DNA of 43,403 nucleotides from Candidatus Saccharimonadia bacterium (GTDB taxonomy: Bacteria > Patescibacteriota > Saccharimonadia > Saccharimonadales > UBA4665): assembly GCA_035480695.1 (NCBI GenBank), contig DATIHM010000063.1, positions 1-43,403 on the forward strand, given 5' to 3'. The notes under the pieces were generated by a model. The model did no database searches, was not told where the DNA came from, and worked only from the letters and a program-made list of their open reading frames with translations. A program made the translations under genes and the position numbers. Of the stretch, positions 33,827-42,377 are shown piece after piece (within the stretch, counting starts at the first letter, position 1; each line of letters opens with the position of its first letter).

Positions 33827-33863
33827 ACGGTTGAATGATAGTTCAGAAAGGCAAGCCTGTCAA
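33817..33863 (-). promoter_or_regulatory. Promoter plus perfect 8-4-8 palindromic operator centred on the arsR-like start codon (leaderless)
   Basis: On the minus strand: TTGACA (33863-33858), a 17-nt spacer, TATCAT (33840-33835), 8 nt, then ATG (33826). The palindrome ATTCAACC-ATAC-GGTTGAAT spans 33817-33836 and covers the ATG. Confidence 0.6.
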
Positions 33864-33871
33864 ACGAAATT

Positions 33872-34906
33872 TTACCGGGCTATCTTTTTGACTTCTCGCA
33901 GAACAGCCGGTCGCATCTTATCGTTCAGAAGCATCTTGCCGAACAATCGATGGTTGACAAGCTCCGAAAGCACCAGCCCGGCCAAATCCACCCTGCCCTT
34001 TTTGACGGTTTTTTTGTCAACCAGCTCTAGGCCATGCAAGCGCTCCAGTACGTCTGACGCCAGATTGAATTCGGCACCGAAAGGTATTGGTTCACCATTA
34101 TCTTCCTCTGCGCGACACATCTTGTGAATGACCATTCTGAGTAACGTCCTCTGTCCGTATAACCTCGGCGACTCGGGATCCGGATTAATAATTTGCCCTC
34201 GGGCATCTTTGGTGAAGTCAGTTTTAGGTATGTAGACGGCTAACGGGTTAGCTCCTTCATGCCTGCCTAGAGCTGCGCCGATAGAGTCAAGGTGCGCTAT
34301 TAGCGAATATCTATTCGCAATCCCCAGTTTTTTGCAAATATCTGGCAATGTATGACAAGCGAGCGTTCTTGCGCTAAGGCTTATCGTTTCAGCCTTACTG
34401 ATGCTTGCATCGTCGTAGGTGCCTTTAAGCATTACATCTATAACTGAGAGTTCATTCTTGGTCAGCTTGCCCAGCGCAGTGACATCTACAGACCTACTCA
34501 CGCCTGCATTCATTAACCTGATTAAAGGGTATTTTGCTCTCCTTGTGATGCCTACTGCTTTTAACACCAAGGAGCTGTTGTCGCTCACAGTCCTCAAGTT
34601 CATTTCAAGTTCTGCAGCTATTTCCTTATGTGACATACCTTCGGCCATTAGGCGGCAGATTCTTACCTGATGAGGTGTAAGCCGAGATAAAAGCTCTTCT
34701 TGAGCAGCTTTGATTTGTTCAGCTTGTAGGTCTATGTCTAAGTTGCTTTCGGGGCCGACTGGCAGCCGTGTAGCAATATCGATTACATTTCCTGGCGTCT
34801 CAACTGCTTCATTAGAGGTGGCGGGTTGTACTTCACTACTAAGAGCAGGAAGGCGGGCTTGGGTTGCTTGTCTCATATTAACTCTTTCAGTCTCATTAAA
34901 TAACAT
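33872..34906 (-). CDS. Regulator with two tandem LuxR/GerE-type HTH modules and an unknown C-terminal domain
   Basis: HTH 1: LTPHQVRICRLMAEGMSHKEIAAELEMNLRTVSDNSSLVLKAVGI. HTH 2: LTKNELSVIDVMLKG..SISKAETISLSARTLACHTLPDICKKLGIANRYSLIAHL. About 150 aa of unassigned C-terminus. No receiver domain. Confidence 0.75.
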   Translation of the reverse strand: MLFNETERVNMRQATQARLPALSSEVQPATSNEAVETPGNVIDIATRLPVGPESNLDIDLQAEQIKAAQEELLSRLTPHQVRICRLMAEGMSHKEIAAELEMNLRTVSDNSSLVLKAVGITRRAKYPLIRLMNAGVSRSVDVTALGKLTKNELSVIDVMLKGTYDDASISKAETISLSARTLACHTLPDICKKLGIANRYSLIAHLDSIGAALGRHEGANPLAVYIPKTDFTKDARGQIINPDPESPRLYGQRTLLRMVIHKMCRAEEDNGEPIPFGAEFNLASDVLERLHGLELVDKKTVKKGRVDLAGLVLSELVNHRLFGKMLLNDKMRPAVLREVKKIAR

Positions 34907-35012
34907 GCCCGGCCAATTAGCAAATCTGTCCTCGCATGAAAAATCTAACTGCTATTGCTTAAAAAGATGTTTTAATGTATAATATACTAATTAAGTTGAG
35001 GCGATAATTGCT

Positions 35013-35762
35013 ATGGGAAAAATGTTCACTGTGTTCGCCAGCACTGCCGCTCTTGCGAGCGGTGCCCCTGGTGAAGGTCTAGCTGCCGTGGCTAATGGCC
35101 ATGTGGGCAAGGCTACCCTTTCCGCCAACCCCGTTATTAGGAATGGCAATCCGAACACGAACCCAGAGTCGGCTTTTCCCCGCCCCAATAAGTTGCAGAC
35201 GCTGGGCAGCAACACGCTGAACAGCGCCGATTTGTATTGGGAGCAGATGCCTCCTTACGAACACGGCCCCGAAACTGCCCTTGGCGGCAGTAACACTACG
35301 ACTACTTTCACGACCAAGGAAACTGGCCGCTGGCCTGGCCGTCCTGGCATGAAATGGCTCTACGAAGTTGAGTTCGCGGGCGATGGTGATTTCGTGAACG
35401 GCTTAAATAATGTCACTAGATTTATATTCACCGAAGGTGCTGAGGATTCCCAAGGCCATGACACGGCTTATACTACCTTAAAAATCGTCAAGAAGGGCCT
35501 GAACGTCATTTACACGCAGAAGAACGGCTCGCAACCGGCGCGCAGCAAGACGACCAACCCAAACGCGTCAGGCTCGAAGAAAATTACATACAAACAGGCG
35601 GAGAACGCGGCCAATATGACTATCGCACTTATGGATCTGGCAAAATACACTGTGTCCGCCCCTGATGGTGACTACCTGCACCCGCATGTCAGCCGGCCGG
35701 AAAACCTGCCGGCCGTTGAAAAACAGTGGGCGTTCAGCTACAAAGCACCGCTTAGACGATAA
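35013..35762 (+). CDS. Secreted orphan protein (249 aa)
   Basis: N-terminal signal-like MGKMFTVFASTAALASGAPGEG. TATAAT about 35 nt upstream. No motif recognised. Confidence 0.7.
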   Translation: MGKMFTVFASTAALASGAPGEGLAAVANGHVGKATLSANPVIRNGNPNTNPESAFPRPNKLQTLGSNTLNSADLYWEQMPPYEHGPETALGGSNTTTTFTTKETGRWPGRPGMKWLYEVEFAGDGDFVNGLNNVTRFIFTEGAEDSQGHDTAYTTLKIVKKGLNVIYTQKNGSQPARSKTTNPNASGSKKITYKQAENAANMTIALMDLAKYTVSAPDGDYLHPHVSRPENLPAVEKQWAFSYKAPLRR

Positions 35763-35833
35763 GCTATCTGGCTAATGTATTGTAAAATCTTGCGTTTAAC
35801 GGTATAATACTGTTAACTTAACGAAGGAAGTTT

Positions 35834-36637
35834 ATGCGTTCACCTAATTGGGATCCCCGCAAATTAGCACCAGCCATCGTCACTAGCGCTCTTGCGCTGC
35901 CGTCAGCTGCGCTGGCTAATAACATTGATGCTCATCCGTCGGGCGGGACTGGCTTGGACCCTTCGACAATCGGCTCGGGCGGCGTGGGCTTTCCCGAGCA
36001 GGCACCAGGCTCAGGTGGAGTCGCCGTCGGAAATCCAGAGACGAACCTGGCTGATGTCAACTCAGGGGCAGCTGCGGCCGTCCGTGGCTTGGTACGCTTC
36101 ATCCACGACGATAAAAGCCTGATTGGCACCTGGAGCTTCAAACAGAAAGACGGCATCTTTACCGAAACCATGAAACAGGCCGACAAGACTAAAAAAGCCG
36201 GTTACGTCGTTGAAGTCGCCGGTAGGCTTGACCCTAAAGCTAACCGCGGCAATCAGGGGCGCCCGATTATCGACGCCGACGAGTTGGAAGTCGGCTTGGG
36301 TGCGATTGACCGCAAAGGCGACCTGAAGCCAGCTAAAAGCACCGAGCTGATTGCCGAAAAAATCGCCGGTGTCTGGGTTCTGAAAGAGCAGAAAAATGGC
36401 CGCCAAAGCTGGTACGCTGCTACCGGCACGGTGCCCCCGCGCGAGCAACTGACCGACGGCCTTACCCGCAACTTCTCGCGGGCCGCCAGCATGATAATCG
36501 AAGCATCCGAAACTTCCCAACTGGTTGGCGGTAACCACAATGGCAAGACTTTCGTGGCTGTCTTCGGCACGCCGGTCAGTGATGTTCATATTGATTGGCC
36601 GCTGCCACCGAACGGTACAGCCCACAACTTGCGCTAA
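35834..36637 (+). CDS. Secreted orphan protein (267 aa)
   Basis: GAAGGAAG SD. Signal-like LAPAIVTSALALPSAALA. Preferred over the antisense 240-aa ORF 36062-36784, which has the Arg/Gly-rich composition of a shadow frame. Confidence 0.7.
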   Translation: MRSPNWDPRKLAPAIVTSALALPSAALANNIDAHPSGGTGLDPSTIGSGGVGFPEQAPGSGGVAVGNPETNLADVNSGAAAAVRGLVRFIHDDKSLIGTWSFKQKDGIFTETMKQADKTKKAGYVVEVAGRLDPKANRGNQGRPIIDADELEVGLGAIDRKGDLKPAKSTELIAEKIAGVWVLKEQKNGRQSWYAATGTVPPREQLTDGLTRNFSRAASMIIEASETSQLVGGNHNGKTFVAVFGTPVSDVHIDWPLPPNGTAHNLR

Positions 36638-37287
36638 CTGGCTCGGAACCGCTTCTTTCCCATATACAGACCGAAAACTATCAGCCAGATCGTCTGCGGA
36701 TAAGCCGTCAACCTTTCGATACCACCTTGGCCGAGTCCCAGATAATGGTTCGTCATCAGCAACGCCAGGGCAAGCAGATTCCACAAGCCAGTGAGGATCG
36801 TGTAAATGCGCAGCCAGCGCGGAAGGCTGAGGCTAGCGCCTAGTATGACTAATCCCAAGTTGCCGATGAAAAACGGCAGCGCGGCACCGGTAATGTGCAG
36901 GGCCGACACAGTGTTTTCCGGGAAAAGCCCGACCAGAACAGTGCCGAAGCCGGCAATCGCCATGAAGGCGAAGCCGGTGATGGCCGTCCGGCCCTCGCGG
37001 AACTCCTGGTAAATCAGAGGCGCGCCGGCCATCATGGTGAGGCCGAGCACTACGAAGGACAGGTTCATCAAGCCGTGGTCGGGCGAGCAGACGAAGCGGC
37101 CGCCGTAGGCGCCACAAACGGTGTTGCCGAGGTCGCTGATGGTGTTGCGCGACAGACTGTAGCCACCGGCGAAATTCAGAGCCACCGCCAGCTGCACGAT
37201 GAAATACTGCAGGCTGGATATCCACAGAGCCGGCCCGAGCAAAGGGTAGCGGTCGTTGAACGTTTCCAGCATTTTGGCGGTTTTCAT
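36634..37287 (-). CDS. DUF998-like polytopic membrane protein
   Basis: About six hydrophobic helices. N-terminal LGPALWISSLQYFIVQLAV...SRNTISDLG matches the DUF998 pattern as I recall it. Confidence 0.75.
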   Translation of the reverse strand: MKTAKMLETFNDRYPLLGPALWISSLQYFIVQLAVALNFAGGYSLSRNTISDLGNTVCGAYGGRFVCSPDHGLMNLSFVVLGLTMMAGAPLIYQEFREGRTAITGFAFMAIAGFGTVLVGLFPENTVSALHITGAALPFFIGNLGLVILGASLSLPRWLRIYTILTGLWNLLALALLMTNHYLGLGQGGIERLTAYPQTIWLIVFGLYMGKKRFRAS

Positions 37288-37288
37288 G

Positions 37289-38497
37289 CTAGCCAGGCAG
37301 GCCCGGCGGCTGGATGGCCTGGCCGCGGAAGCAACTGACAGAGTACGGGAAATCCTGTGTCATCACATAGTGGTACATGGTCGTCAGCTTGCCATCGAGG
37401 TTTATCTGGCTGGTGATGCCATGGCATTCGTCGAGGTCGGAGGTGGTCAGGATGTTACCCGGCGCCACCTGCGGCCCGGTTATCGGGAAACCGTCGAGCG
37501 CGTAGCCGATGACCGTCCGCACGTTCGTATCTTTGATGCAGGCGCTCAGTGTGTGGTAGTGGTATTCGCCGTCTTTTTGCGGATGGCCGCTGCAGGCGTC
37601 CTGTACTTCCCAGGCACCGGCGTCGCGGCCGCCGGCGTCGAAGGCATTGAACAGCGCCACGCCGGTCAGCATGATGCCGGATTGGCCGCCCATGCAGTTC
37701 GGGTTACCATATGTCGGATTGGACGGCAAGCTGTAGCTCAGCGTCTGGCCTTTTATGGAGTTCGGGTTGCGGTCGTAAGCGTAGGCGGCGTCGCTGGCAG
37801 CAACCGGGAAAACGCCGGTCGGGTGGTTCGGCAGGTCATTCGTCACAATAGTACGGGTGGCGTCGCTGACGTTATTGCTGAAGCTGGCCTGCCACATGAC
37901 GCTTCCGTTGACATGGACTTTTTTGTTGACGTCATATTCGGTGTTATTGTCGGTAAACCATAGGCCGCGGCTTTGGGCACCGCCTTGGCCGCTTGTCAGG
38001 TTCTGGGCGTACTGCGAGCAGGCGTAAACCGTGCCGGCCGCCGGTGCGGAAGTGCTGTACTTGCCGTCGCCGACCGGCAGCAGGCCATCGGCGTATTTGT
38101 TTCCGTAGTCCTTGCTCGGGTCGAGCTGCAAACCCTGAACCTTGGCAGCCGCCTTCGGCTTGCTCGTCACGGTTTTCCGGACTGTCGCGGCCGGCTTCGG
38201 CGTATTGCTGTGCTTGCCCAACTTCCAGGCTCCGTAACAGAGGCCGGCAATCGCCGCCAAGGCCAAGATGACCAGTAGGATTTTTTTCCAGTTCCGCTTC
38301 GGTTTCATGACCGTCACGCGCGGTTTACTAGGCGTGGCAGACGGCAGGTCGATCTTAATCGTCGAGGGCCCGGTCGGCACGGGCGACGGTGTCAGCGGCT
38401 GTTCAGGCTCAGGATTTTCAGGTTTTTCCTCCGGCTTTTCGTCAGCTGGCCCGACAGGTTCCGAATCATCAGGCGCAGGAGTTTCAGGCTCATCCAT
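37289..38497 (-). CDS. TM-anchored extracytoplasmic YHYH-domain protein
   Basis: Acidic/Pro N-terminus, TM ILLVILALAAIAGLCYGAW, and GHPQKDGEYHYHTLSACI containing the YHYH motif. The stop is 1 nt before the DUF998 start. Confidence 0.8.
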   Translation of the reverse strand: MDEPETPAPDDSEPVGPADEKPEEKPENPEPEQPLTPSPVPTGPSTIKIDLPSATPSKPRVTVMKPKRNWKKILLVILALAAIAGLCYGAWKLGKHSNTPKPAATVRKTVTSKPKAAAKVQGLQLDPSKDYGNKYADGLLPVGDGKYSTSAPAAGTVYACSQYAQNLTSGQGGAQSRGLWFTDNNTEYDVNKKVHVNGSVMWQASFSNNVSDATRTIVTNDLPNHPTGVFPVAASDAAYAYDRNPNSIKGQTLSYSLPSNPTYGNPNCMGGQSGIMLTGVALFNAFDAGGRDAGAWEVQDACSGHPQKDGEYHYHTLSACIKDTNVRTVIGYALDGFPITGPQVAPGNILTTSDLDECHGITSQINLDGKLTTMYHYVMTQDFPYSVSCFRGQAIQPPGLPG

Positions 38498-38586
38498 AAC
38501 CTCATTTTATACCATGAGCGGTACGGTGGAAATCGCCTGTAACATTTTAAGTAGACTTTAAGGATGGCGAAACTATACTTTATGTT

Positions 38587-39258
38587 ATGAGAATACTTGT
38601 CGTAGAAGACGACCACACCATCGCCCAGGCTATCAAAGAGGGATTGGAACAGGAGTCGTTCGCGGTTGACGTAGCTTTCGAAGGCGAAGAAGGCTACCTG
38701 TCGGCCAGCAACGACGAATACGACCTGCTGGTTTTGGACGTCATGCTACCCGGCATGAGCGGTATCGACATCGCCCGCAAGCTGCGCGAGGAATCGAACC
38801 ACACGCGTATCATAATGCTGACCGCCAAAGACCAAGTGCCCGACCGGGTACGTGGCCTGAACACCGGCGCCGACGACTACATGGTCAAACCTTTCTCTTT
38901 TGAGGAATTGCTGGCCCGCATCCGGGCATTGCTGCGCCGGCCCAACGAATCGGTCGGCGAAGTCTTGGAAGCCGGCGACCTGACGCTGAACACCATCACC
39001 AGCGAAGTGACGCGCCACGGCCAGCCGATCAACCTTTCCCAAAAGGAATACGCCGTGCTCGAATACCTGCTGCGCAACAAGGGCAAGGTACTGAGCAAAA
39101 ACAACATCATGACGCACGTTTGGGATTTTGACGCCGACATTCTGCCGAATACCGTCGAGGTTTTCATCAAGTATCTGCGCGACAAAGTCGACCGGCCGTT
39201 CAAAGGCCCGGAGCTGATACAGACGGTGCGCGGCTTCGGCTACAAGGTTAGTGCTTAG
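38587..39258 (+). CDS. OmpR-family response regulator
   Basis: MRILVVEDD, LLVLDVMLPGMSG, MLTAKD, and a winged helix ending VRGFGYKV. TATACT lies 7 nt upstream of the ATG with no SD. Confidence 0.93.
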   Translation: MRILVVEDDHTIAQAIKEGLEQESFAVDVAFEGEEGYLSASNDEYDLLVLDVMLPGMSGIDIARKLREESNHTRIIMLTAKDQVPDRVRGLNTGADDYMVKPFSFEELLARIRALLRRPNESVGEVLEAGDLTLNTITSEVTRHGQPINLSQKEYAVLEYLLRNKGKVLSKNNIMTHVWDFDADILPNTVEVFIKYLRDKVDRPFKGPELIQTVRGFGYKVSA

Positions 39259-40259
39259 TGAACCACCTGCGCTCGACGACAACCCGGCTGGCCGGCTCTT
39301 ACCTGGCCATCATAATGGTCATGAGCATCAGCTTCAGTATAGTTCTGTACCGGACAGGTTGGATGGAAATCGGGCGGCAGCTGCCACCGCGCTCGCTGTA
39401 TATAGACCAGTTCGAGGCGCCTGGGCCTTTCAATGATTTCTTCCGCCAGCGTATAGACGAAGGCCGGCACGACCTGCTGATGCACATCGTATTGATCAAT
39501 ATCCTGGTGCTACTGGGTGGCGCGATTGTCAGCTACTACCTGGCGCGTCGCACACTCAAGCCGATTGAAGAGGCCATGGAGGCCCAGGCGCGCTTCTCGT
39601 CTGATGCTTCGCATGAATTGCGCACACCTTTGACGGCTATCCGTGCCCGCAACGAGGTTGCCCTGCGCAAGCCGAAGCTCAGCCTGGCCGATGCCAAATC
39701 GGTCATCAAAAGCAACCTCGAGGAAGTGCTCAAGCTCGAGAAATTGTCTGACGGCCTGCTGCGCCTGACGCGCGCCGACGGCAAACACCTCAAGAAAAAG
39801 CCCATCTTGCTGGGTGAAATCGCCAGCGAGGCCATGAACCAATACATTGAGCCGGCCCAGGCCAAGGACATCAGCATCGAGGATTCAGTGCCGGAAATGC
39901 GCGTCGAGGGCGACGCCGACAGCCTCATCCAAGCTGTGGCCATCCTGCTCGACAACGCCATCAAGTACGGCAAGCACGGTGACACGATTTTCCTAGGAGG
40001 CGAAAAAAAGGGCGGTTATGCGCGCCTGGCTGTGCGAGACACCGGGCCGGGCATGCGCGCCTCCGACCTGCCACACATCTTTGAGCGTTTCTTCCGCGCC
40101 GACCACTCGCGTACGCGCGACGGCAACACCGGCTACGGCCTGGGCTTGTCAATCGCCAAGCAGATTGTCGACCAGCACGGCGGTGAAATCACCGTCGAGA
40201 GCCTGCAGGGCGAAGGCACGACCTTCACAATCAAGCTGCCTTTGCTCGAAGAAGCCTAA
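39258..40259 (+). CDS. HisKA/HATPase_c sensor histidine kinase with two TM segments
   Basis: GTG start overlaps the RR stop (TAGTG). H-box SSDASHELRTPLTAI, N-box LLDNAIKY, G1 VRDTGPGM, G2 GYGLGLSIAKQIV. Confidence 0.93.
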   Translation: MNHLRSTTTRLAGSYLAIIMVMSISFSIVLYRTGWMEIGRQLPPRSLYIDQFEAPGPFNDFFRQRIDEGRHDLLMHIVLINILVLLGGAIVSYYLARRTLKPIEEAMEAQARFSSDASHELRTPLTAIRARNEVALRKPKLSLADAKSVIKSNLEEVLKLEKLSDGLLRLTRADGKHLKKKPILLGEIASEAMNQYIEPAQAKDISIEDSVPEMRVEGDADSLIQAVAILLDNAIKYGKHGDTIFLGGEKKGGYARLAVRDTGPGMRASDLPHIFERFFRADHSRTRDGNTGYGLGLSIAKQIVDQHGGEITVESLQGEGTTFTIKLPLLEEA

Positions 40260-40263
40260 GCAC

Positions 40264-41694
40264 TTACACGGCACTTACACGAGCTCGTGCCTCTTTATGC
40301 TCACGAATAATAGCGGCATACTCCCAAGCGCTTGGCCTGATAACGCGTTTTTGGTTGTCACTATGGTCGACCGCGATCAGGCCATAAGCAGCCCATAGCC
40401 CACGATCCCACTCGAAATTATCCAGCAAGCACCAATAGTTGAAGCCCCGACAATCAACTCCCTCGTCAACTGCACGGAACGTCCACTTTATATGGTCACG
40501 AATATAGTCGGCACGGTATTTATCGTCACGGTCAGCCAAGCCGCTTTCGCTAACTATTATCGGTATGTCGTACTGCTTGGCCACTGCGGAAAGCGACTTC
40601 AGCCGGTGATAGGTGCCTTCAGGGTAAATTTCCCAACCTTCGTCTGTACGCTGCGCAAACTCATTATCAAACGGATTCAACTTGTTGACATGCGCATGCA
40701 CGTAGTGCTGCATGCCTATCCAATCAGCGTCCTCGGCCATGCGAGGCGGGAAGTATTCATTCGTCACAGCAGACATGGCTTTCTTCACGCCTCGACTTAT
40801 CAGATCCGGCTCGCTGTCGTAATACACCTGGCTAACAGTGAATCCGACTTGGGCGTCGGGCACTGCCTGCTTAATAGCTTTGTAGGCTTCTTTGTGGGAC
40901 CTCACCATATTTCTACGCGCCTTTAAGAAGTGATACCAACCTTGTGGGTAATGTAGCCATGACATTTCCTTGGGCATAATCGCCACCGGGAGGCCAGGAA
41001 TGGCCTTCTCCGGCAGATAGACCATGCTGGTATAGGTGTCTGGTTCGTTAAAGGTCGCCCAGTAGCGCACCTCATTCCGGAATTCTTTGACCATGCTTTC
41101 GGCGAAACGGACAAATTCGTCAACCACAGCATCGGACTCCCAGCCACCGAGCTTCTCGGCCCACTGCGGCAGCGCAAAGTGGCTCAAATCAATAATCGGC
41201 TCCATGCCGGCGGCGCGGCAGGCCCGCAACATCTGGCGATAGTGTTCAATCGCCTCTTTGTCGTAGGGCCCGTGGCGCTCAGGCTGGAGGCGCGACCACT
41301 CAATGCTGGTGTGAAGCGTTTCTTGCTCTAGCATTTGCGCCATGGCATAGTCTTCCAAATAGCGGTTCAAATGATTCGGAGCACGGTTAATGTCATAAGT
41401 ATCGGGTTTCGATGCGATGGCCGGCAAATCTAAAACTACACCCTGTCCCCAGTCTTTAGTGGCGGCTTCAGCAGCCATTTTGATGCGTTGCTCTGGGGTC
41501 AACCAGCTATACCAGTCAGTGTTTGTGTTACTGCCCTCGTTTTGTGCACCGTTGTCGGCTACACCAAAATAAAAGTCACTCTTGTTAAATAGTCTGGGCA
41601 AGATAACCGTACCACTATAGCCTGCTCCGTTGCCATTTAGGATTTCGCTCTGGCCCAAATTCGTTAGTGCACCCTGCTCAGTCATGTCTGACAT
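40264..41694 (-). CDS. Glycoside hydrolase family 1 (beta-glucosidase-like)
   Basis: FYFGVADNGAQNEG, SIEWSRLQP, ATFNEP (acid/base Glu), IIVSESG (nucleophile Glu), YWCLLDNFEW. Confidence 0.88.
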   Translation of the reverse strand: MSDMTEQGALTNLGQSEILNGNGAGYSGTVILPRLFNKSDFYFGVADNGAQNEGSNTNTDWYSWLTPEQRIKMAAEAATKDWGQGVVLDLPAIASKPDTYDINRAPNHLNRYLEDYAMAQMLEQETLHTSIEWSRLQPERHGPYDKEAIEHYRQMLRACRAAGMEPIIDLSHFALPQWAEKLGGWESDAVVDEFVRFAESMVKEFRNEVRYWATFNEPDTYTSMVYLPEKAIPGLPVAIMPKEMSWLHYPQGWYHFLKARRNMVRSHKEAYKAIKQAVPDAQVGFTVSQVYYDSEPDLISRGVKKAMSAVTNEYFPPRMAEDADWIGMQHYVHAHVNKLNPFDNEFAQRTDEGWEIYPEGTYHRLKSLSAVAKQYDIPIIVSESGLADRDDKYRADYIRDHIKWTFRAVDEGVDCRGFNYWCLLDNFEWDRGLWAAYGLIAVDHSDNQKRVIRPSAWEYAAIIREHKEARARVSAV

Positions 41695-41822
41695 GACATA
41701 GTTTTACTACTTTTTTGCAGTTGCAGCAAGCTTAGAAAGGTTGGGGTGAGTCCAGAATCTTTTCAAAGAAAGACGCAATTATCTCCGCTCCATGTCTTTG
41801 ATAAAGTCGGTGGGCCGTCTCT

Positions 41823-42377
41823 TCAATCGGTCTGAGTTTGTGCGTCTGTGCTAGCTGGCGGCCCGCCGGAGCTACCTCCGAAACTTGGATTGACCAAGAT
41901 GCGGGTGGCCGTCGTACTGCCGCTGCCGCTCGTCATGACCAGTACTGTATCGCCTGCCTGGATGTCGCTGGCCGCGACAGTCTGGCCATTGTCAGAGATT
42001 GCAGTTGACAAGTTTATAGTGTAGGTAGAGTCGGCTCCGGTCCGCTGGTTGCTGATGGTTATGCTGGTGGAGCTGACGGCCGTTACCTGTCCCAACCCAC
42101 CGGCGCGACGTCCGAAGCCGCCGCTCATTCGGAAGCTTCCTTGTTCGGTTGCCGAGGTAGCCGTGGCGACTTTTTTGGTATGGCCCTTCTGATAGCCCAT
42201 GCCGGCCGCGAAACTCAGGCCGCATAGTACCGCGATTCCAAGCACGATAAGCGCGGTCTGGCTGGAAACGGTGACGCTTTTGCGCGGGCCGTGGCTTGAA
42301 GCCGTCGCCATCTTGGCATGTTGCTCACCGGTCACATATTGTTCGGCCGGTTCGTCGGATCGGTTATTTTTTGCCAC
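41823..42377 (-). CDS. TM-anchored extracytoplasmic protein co-transcribed with the ABC transporter
   Basis: TM ALIVLGIAVLCGLSFAAGMGY, then a beta-rich domain (GQVTAVSSTSITISNQRTG..IQAGDTVLVMTSG). The start overlaps the ATPase gene's stop by 14 nt. Confidence 0.75.
   Translation of the reverse strand: MAKNNRSDEPAEQYVTGEQHAKMATASSHGPRKSVTVSSQTALIVLGIAVLCGLSFAAGMGYQKGHTKKVATATSATEQGSFRMSGGFGRRAGGLGQVTAVSSTSITISNQRTGADSTYTINLSTAISDNGQTVAASDIQAGDTVLVMTSGSGSTTATRILVNPSFGGSSGGPPASTDAQTQTD

Noticed and set aside
36062-36784. 240-aa minus-strand ORF overlapping 35834-36637 and the DUF998 gene's 3' end
   Set aside because: Its Arg/Gly/Ala-rich composition is typical of an antisense frame in GC-rich DNA. 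The + strand product has a signal peptide and an SD.
37256-37963. 235-aa + strand ORF, and similar ORFs at 38746-39282, 39510-39985 and 42199-42918
   Set aside because: All are antisense to genes with unmistakable family motifs (YHYH protein, OmpR regulator, histidine kinase, ABC ATPase).
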